64,000 bases of DNA from the human T2T-CHM13v2.0 reference genome, Homo sapiens, in assembly GCF_009914755.1 (NCBI RefSeq), contig NC_060947.1. The stretch is one strand, 5' to 3'. A program made the position numbers and the translations under genes. The notes below the pieces were generated by a model. That model was not told the origin of the DNA. It was given only the letters and a program-made list of their open reading frames with translations, and did not search any database. How positions within the stretch are numbered: position 1 is the stretch's first letter; each line of letters opens with the position of its first letter. Positions 55,036 through 64,000 of this stretch are shown piece by piece.

Positions 55036-55191
55036 ATAACTAACTTTACATTCTAAATATGCTCCTCCACCATTCTTGGCCATGTCAGTCAGTTGAATCA
55101 CCCTGCCCCTAGCCACTCTATCAAAACACCTGAGAACTATTCTACATTTCTAATTTTGCTTCATCCTAAACCTTGAATCTATCAGAAAGTT
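55036..55191 (+). mobile_element. L2 fragment (left piece; continues at 57860-57879 and 59305-60020)
   Basis: Resembles L2 (tcaaaacacctgaga...gaatctatcagaaag) and is collinear with the L2 right of Hsmar1. Confidence 0.55.
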
Positions 55192-55196
55192 TAGTT

Positions 55197-57858
55197 GTTT
55201 TTTTTTTCTTTTTTCATCTTTTTTAGATTATACTTTAAGTTCTGGGGTACATGTGCAAAACGTGGAGTTTTGTTACTTAGGTATACAGGTGCCATGGTGG
55301 TTTACTGCACCCATCAACCAGTCACCTACATTAGGTATTTCTCCTGATGCTATCCCTCCCCTAGCCCCCCAGCTCCAGACAGACCCGAATGTGTGATGTT
55401 CCCCTCCCTATCTCCATGTATTCTCATTGTTCAACTCCCACTTATTAGTGTAAACATGCAGTGTTTGATTTTCTGTTCTTGTGTTAGTTTGCTGAGAATG
55501 ATGGTTTCCAGCTTCATCTATGCCCCTGCAAAGGACATGCACTCATCCTTTTTTAAGGCTGCATAGTATTCCATGGTGTATATGTACAACATTTTCTTTA
55601 TCCAGTCTATTATTGATGGACAAGTCTTTGTTTTTGTGAATAGTGCCACAATAAACATAGGTGTGCATGTGTCTTTATAGTAGAATGATTTACAATCATT
55701 TGTGTATATACCCAGGAATGGGATTGCTGGATCAAATGGTATTTCTAGTTCTAGATCTTTGAGAAATTGCCACACTGTGGCGATAGTTTCTTTTGCTGTG
55801 CAGAAGCTCTTTAGTTTAATTAGATCCCATTTGTCAATTTTTACTTTTTTTGCCATTGCTTTTCGTGTTTTAGACATGAAGTCTTGCCCATGCCTATGTC
55901 CTGAATGGTATTGCCCAGGTTTTCTTCTAGGATTTTTATGGTCCTAGGTCTTAAGTTTAAGTATTTGATCGATTTGAGTTGATTTTGTATGAAGAAGGGG
56001 TCCAGTTTCAGTTTTCTGCATTTGGCTAATGAGTTTTCCCAACAACATTTATTAAATAGGGAATCCTTTCCCCGTTGCTTGTTTGTGTCAGGTTTGTCAA
56101 AGGTCAGATGGTTGTAGATGTGTGGTGTTATTTCTGAGGACTCTCTTCTGTTCCATTGGTCTATATATCTGTTTTAGTACCAGTACCATGCTGTTTTGGT
56201 TACTGTAGCCTTGTAGCATAGTTTGAAGTCAGGTAGCATGATGCCTCCAGCTTTGTTCTTCTTGCCCAGAATTGTGTTGGCTATGTGGGCTCTTTTTTGG
56301 TTCCATAAGAAGCTTAAAGTAGTTTTTTCTCCAATTCTGTGAAGAAAGTCAGTGATAGCTTGATGGGGATAGCATTGCATTGATAAATTACTTTGGGCTG
56401 TATGGACATTTTCACGATATTGAATCTTCTTATCCATGAGCATGGAATAATTTTCCATTTGTTTGTGTCTTCTCTTACTTTCTTGAGCAGTGGTTTGTAG
56501 ATCTCCTTGAAGAGGTCCGTCACATCCCCTGTAAGTTGTAATCCTAGGTATTTTATTCTCTTTGTAGCAATTGAGAATGGGAGTTCACTCGTGATTTGGC
56601 TCTCTGTTTGTCTGTTATTGGTGTATAGGAATATAGGAATGCTTATGATTTTTGCACGTTAATTTTGTATCTTGAGACTTTGCTGAAGTTGCTTATTAGC
56701 TTAAGGAGATTTGGGGCTGAGATGATGGGGTGTTCTAAATATATAATCATGTCATCTGCAAACAGAGACAATTTGACTTCCTCTCTTCCTATTTGAATAC
56801 ACTTTATTTTTTCTCTTGCCTGATCGCCCTGGCCAGAACTTCCAATACTATGTTGAATAGGAGTGGTGAGAGAGGGCATCCTCGTCTTCTGCCAGTTTTC
56901 AAAGGGAATGCTACTTGTTTTTGCTCGTTCAGTATGATATTGGCTGAGGGTTTGTCATAAATAGCTCTTTTTATTTTGAGATACATTCCATTGATACCCA
57001 GTTTATTTAGAGTTTTTAGCAAGAAGTGGTGTTGAATTCTGTTGAAAGCCTTTTCTTCATCTATTAAAATAATCCTGTGGTTTTTATGATTGGTTCTGTT
57101 TATTTGATGGATTATGTTTATTGATTTGCCTATGTTGAACCAGCCTTGCATCCCAGGGTTGAAGCCAACTTGATCGTGATGGATAAGCTTTTTGATGTGC
57201 TGCTGGATTCAGTTTGCCAGTATTTTATTGAGGATTTTTGCATCGATGTTCATCAGGGATATTGGCCTGAAATTTTCTTTTTTTATTGTGTCTCTGCCAG
57301 TTTTTGGTATCAGAATGATGTTGGCCTCATCGAATGAGTTAGGGAGGAGTTCCTCTTGTTCTATTGTTTGGAATAGTTTCAGAAGGAATGGTACCAGCTC
57401 CTCTTTGTACCTCTGGTAGAATTCGACTGTGAATCCTTCTGGTCCTGGCCTTTTATTATTGTTGTTGGTAGGCTATTAATTACTGCCTCAATTTCAGAAC
57501 TTGTTATTGGTTTATTCAGGGATTCGACTTCTTCCTTGTTTAGACTTGAGAGGGTGTATGTGTCCAGGAATTTATCCATTTCTTCTAGATTTTCTAGTTT
57601 ATTTGCATAGAAGTGTTTATAGAATATCTGATGGTAGTTTTATTTCTGTGGGATCAGTGGTGATATCCCCTATATCATTTTTATTGCATCTATTTGATTC
57701 TTCTCTCTTTTCTTGTTTATTAGCCTATCTTGCGGTCTATTTTGTTGATCTTTTCAAAAAACCAGCTCCTGGATTCATTGATTTTTTGAAGGGTTTTTCA
57801 TGTCTCTATCTCCTTCAGTTCTGCTATGATCTTAGTTATTTCTTTCTTCTGATAGATT
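55197..57858 (-). mobile_element. 5'-truncated L1PA7-like element with internal deletions
   Basis: Poly-T at 55198-55225, 3'UTR and ORF2 RT peptides. Short TSD tttagtt (55190-55196 / 57859-57865). Confidence 0.88.
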
Positions 57859-57879
57859 TTTAGTTATCTGTCAAAAGTA

Positions 57880-59304
57880 TTATGTTGTTGCAAATTTAAT
57901 TGCGATTTTGGCATTGTTAGAATTTGCCATTTGATATTGGAATACATTCTCAAATAAATGTGGTTATGTTCTACATCATTTTAATGGGCAATTCTCGCCT
58001 TATGTTTTTTTGCTAATGACTTATTACTTGCTATTTATTTTATGTTTATTTTAGACTATGGAAATAATGTTAAACAGAAAGCAAATTTCTGCAATTTTCT
58101 TATTCGTCTTCCAAATGGGCCATAAAGCAGCAGAGACAACTCGCAATGTCAGCAACACATTTGGCCCAGGAATTGCTAATGAACACACAGTGCAGTGATG
58201 GTTCAAGAATTTTGCAAAGGAGATGAGAGCCTTGAAGATGAGGAAAATAGTGGCTGGCCATCAGAAGTTGACAATGAGCAATTGAGAGCAATCATTGAAG
58301 CTAATGCTCTTACAACTACACAAGAAGTTGCTGGAGAACTCAACGTCGTCCATTCTATGGCCATTCAGCATTTGAAGCAAATTGGAAAGGTGAAAAAGTT
58401 TGATAAGGGGGTGCCTCATGAACTGAGTGAAAATTTTTTAAAAATCATTTTGAAGAGTCGTCTTCTCTTATTCTATGCAACAGCAACTTTCTGATAGATT
58501 CAAGGTTTAGGATGGAGGAAATATAGAAATGTAGGATAATTCTCAGGTGTTTTGATTGAGTGGCTAGGTGAAGGGTAATACAATTGACTGACATGGGCAA
58601 GACTGGTGGAAGAGCATGTTTAGAATATAAAGACCTCAATTGGATTGTGACATGTGAAGAAAAGTGGATTTTATATGACAACCAGAGACGACCAGCTCAG
58701 TGGTTGGACTGAGAAGAAGCTCCAAAGCATCTCCTAAAGCCAAACTTGCACCAAAATAAAAGGCATGGTCACTGTTTAGTGGTCTGCTGCTGGTGTGATC
58801 CACTACAGGTTTCTGAATCCTGGCAAAACCATCACATCTGAGAAGTATGCTCAGAAAATCAAATCAATGAGATGCACCAAAAATTGCAACACCTGCAGCC
58901 AGCATTGGCCAACAGAAAGGGCCCAATTATTCCCCCACAACAATGCCCAACCACACATCGCACAACCAATACTTCCAAAGTAAAATGGATTCAGCTACAA
59001 AGTTTTGCCTCTTTCGCCATATTCACCTGACTTCTTCACAACCAACTAACACTTCTTCAATCATCTCGACAACTTTTTGCAGGGAAAATGCTTCCACAAC
59101 GAGCAGGATGCAGAAAATACTTTCCAAGAGTTCTTTGAATCCCAAAGCATGGACTTTTATGCTACAGGAATAAACAAACTTATTTCTCATTGGCAAAAAT
59201 GTGTTGATTGTGATGGGTTTCTATTTTTATTAATAAAGATATGTTTGAGCCTAGTTATAATAATAATTCACTGTCCAAAACCACAATTACTTTTGCACCA
59301 ACCT
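57880..59304 (+). mobile_element. Hsmar1 mariner DNA transposon with dead transposase
   Basis: TA then left TIR ttatgttgttgcaaatttaattgcg; right TIR aaaaccacaattacttttgcaccaacct. Transposase ATG at 58058 with peptides GDESLEDEENSGWPSEVDNEQLRAIIEA and FYATGINKLISHWQKCVDCDG. Catalytic motifs are degenerate (TCEEKW, HNNA). Confidence 0.95.
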
Positions 59305-60020
59305 GCAACTCTAGAGCCATTCAATTTTCCCCAGGTCCATTGCTACCACCACAGTGGCCTAAGGCACTATTAGATAGACCATCAGAAACAGCCTCCTAAA
59401 TGAGCTCGATGTTCCCAATTTTGTCAATCCCCAGCTTTCTAAATTATTTTATACTGCAGCAATAGTGATCTTTTAAAACACATAAACTGGATCATGATCC
59501 TCTTTGACATAAAACACTTCAAGTGCTTTAAAACAAACATTTAACCAATTTGTTTTGTCTTATGTATTCTGGATACTGACTATATCTGTACCTTCACCTC
59601 CTGCTACTTAGTCCTTTAGGTCAAAATGCTTTTGGTACTATGAGTTTTTTCTGTTTCTTGGGAGTATGTAAGGCTTTCTCCCATTGCAGGAGCTTTGCAA
59701 ATGCTATATACTATCTGACTAGAAACATTGGCCCTTAGATCTTTGCAATGTTTTCTCTTCTCTGTCATTCAGGTCTCAGTTTAAATATCACCACCTCAGC
59801 AAAGGTAAAATGCTCCATCATCATGCTACCTTATTTTCTTTTTCTTGAGCGCTTATTATTTGAAATGATTTTTAATGCTCCACAGCCCAAACAGAATTGA
59901 AATACTTTGAAAATTGTACCTTGCCTATCATGTTCATGACTTTCTTTCCTGCACTAAGAACAGTGCCTGAAACATAATATGTCATGTGTGCTCAATTATT
60001 ACCAGTTAAATAAATGCCTT
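59305..60020 (+). mobile_element. L2 (L2a-like) 3' region
   Basis: tcattcaggtctcagtttaaatatcaccacctcag; ends cagtgcctgaaacata...gctcaattattaccagttaaataaatg. Confidence 0.7.
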
Positions 60021-60532
60021 GCAGGCATTACACCTGAGGTTCCAGGAAGGCTATAAAAATCAACAAAATGAATAACAATATCACAGTTTTCCTCCCTTTC
60101 ATTCATCCTGCTTAGGTTCCTCAGCATATGCTTTTATGGTACAAAGGTACAAAAATCATCTTGAAGACATTGTCTTTTTAGATTTGATCTAATTCTTGTC
60201 AGAGTAGCCAATTGGGGATGGTATTATCCCATGGAAGTGGTACAATCTGCTCTTCTTCTGCCCATTGGGCTAGAAAAAAATCTAAATTTAGAGCAGGTTG
60301 AGCAATAGTCCTGTTCTGTAGCCGCTCTAATATTGTGAGCTGTCTTCCTTTAATTGTTTCTTTTTAAATCTGTTGCCAATCACTTTGGATAATAAGGAAA
60401 TTTTAACCATCATAAATCTTCCAATTCATGAACATTGGGTAGTCTTCCATTTGTGACATCTTTCATTTATTTTGGCAATGCTTTGTCATTTTCAGTGTGA
60501 AAATCCTCTGCATAATTGGTTAAGTTTAATTC

Positions 60533-64000
<3,468 letters not shown>

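Noticed and set aside
58058-59232. SETMAR or an active mariner transposase
   Set aside because: No SET exons; stops, frameshifts, altered catalytic Asp residues and a 148-bp insertion.

Overview
This is primate (human or ape-like) genomic DNA, made up mostly of nested transposable-element remains. I see no intact host protein-coding gene, RNA gene or CRISPR-like array. Contents: (i) a processed ARL5A pseudogene with a CpG-rich 5' leader and probably a long 3'UTR containing an AluS; (ii) three near full-length but disabled L1PA elements (~PA8, PA4/5, PA3), two twin-primed (5'-inverted) L1s and many nested L1PA/L1PB/L1M fragments; (iii) THE1, MST (LTR-int-LTR) and MER74 LTR elements; (iv) MIR and L2 relics and a Hsmar1 mariner. 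Three observations stand out. First, the Hsmar1 transposase gene carries a 148-bp inverted copy of its own flanking DNA. Second, an L1 antisense ORF0 stays open for 208 codons and runs out of the element into flanking DNA. Third, the ARL5A retrocopy leader has kept its CpGs, a YY1 motif and an upstream ATG in frame with the old CDS. I cannot support a new multi-gene biological system here. Subfamily names come from my recall of consensus sequences and need RepeatMasker/Dfam confirmation.
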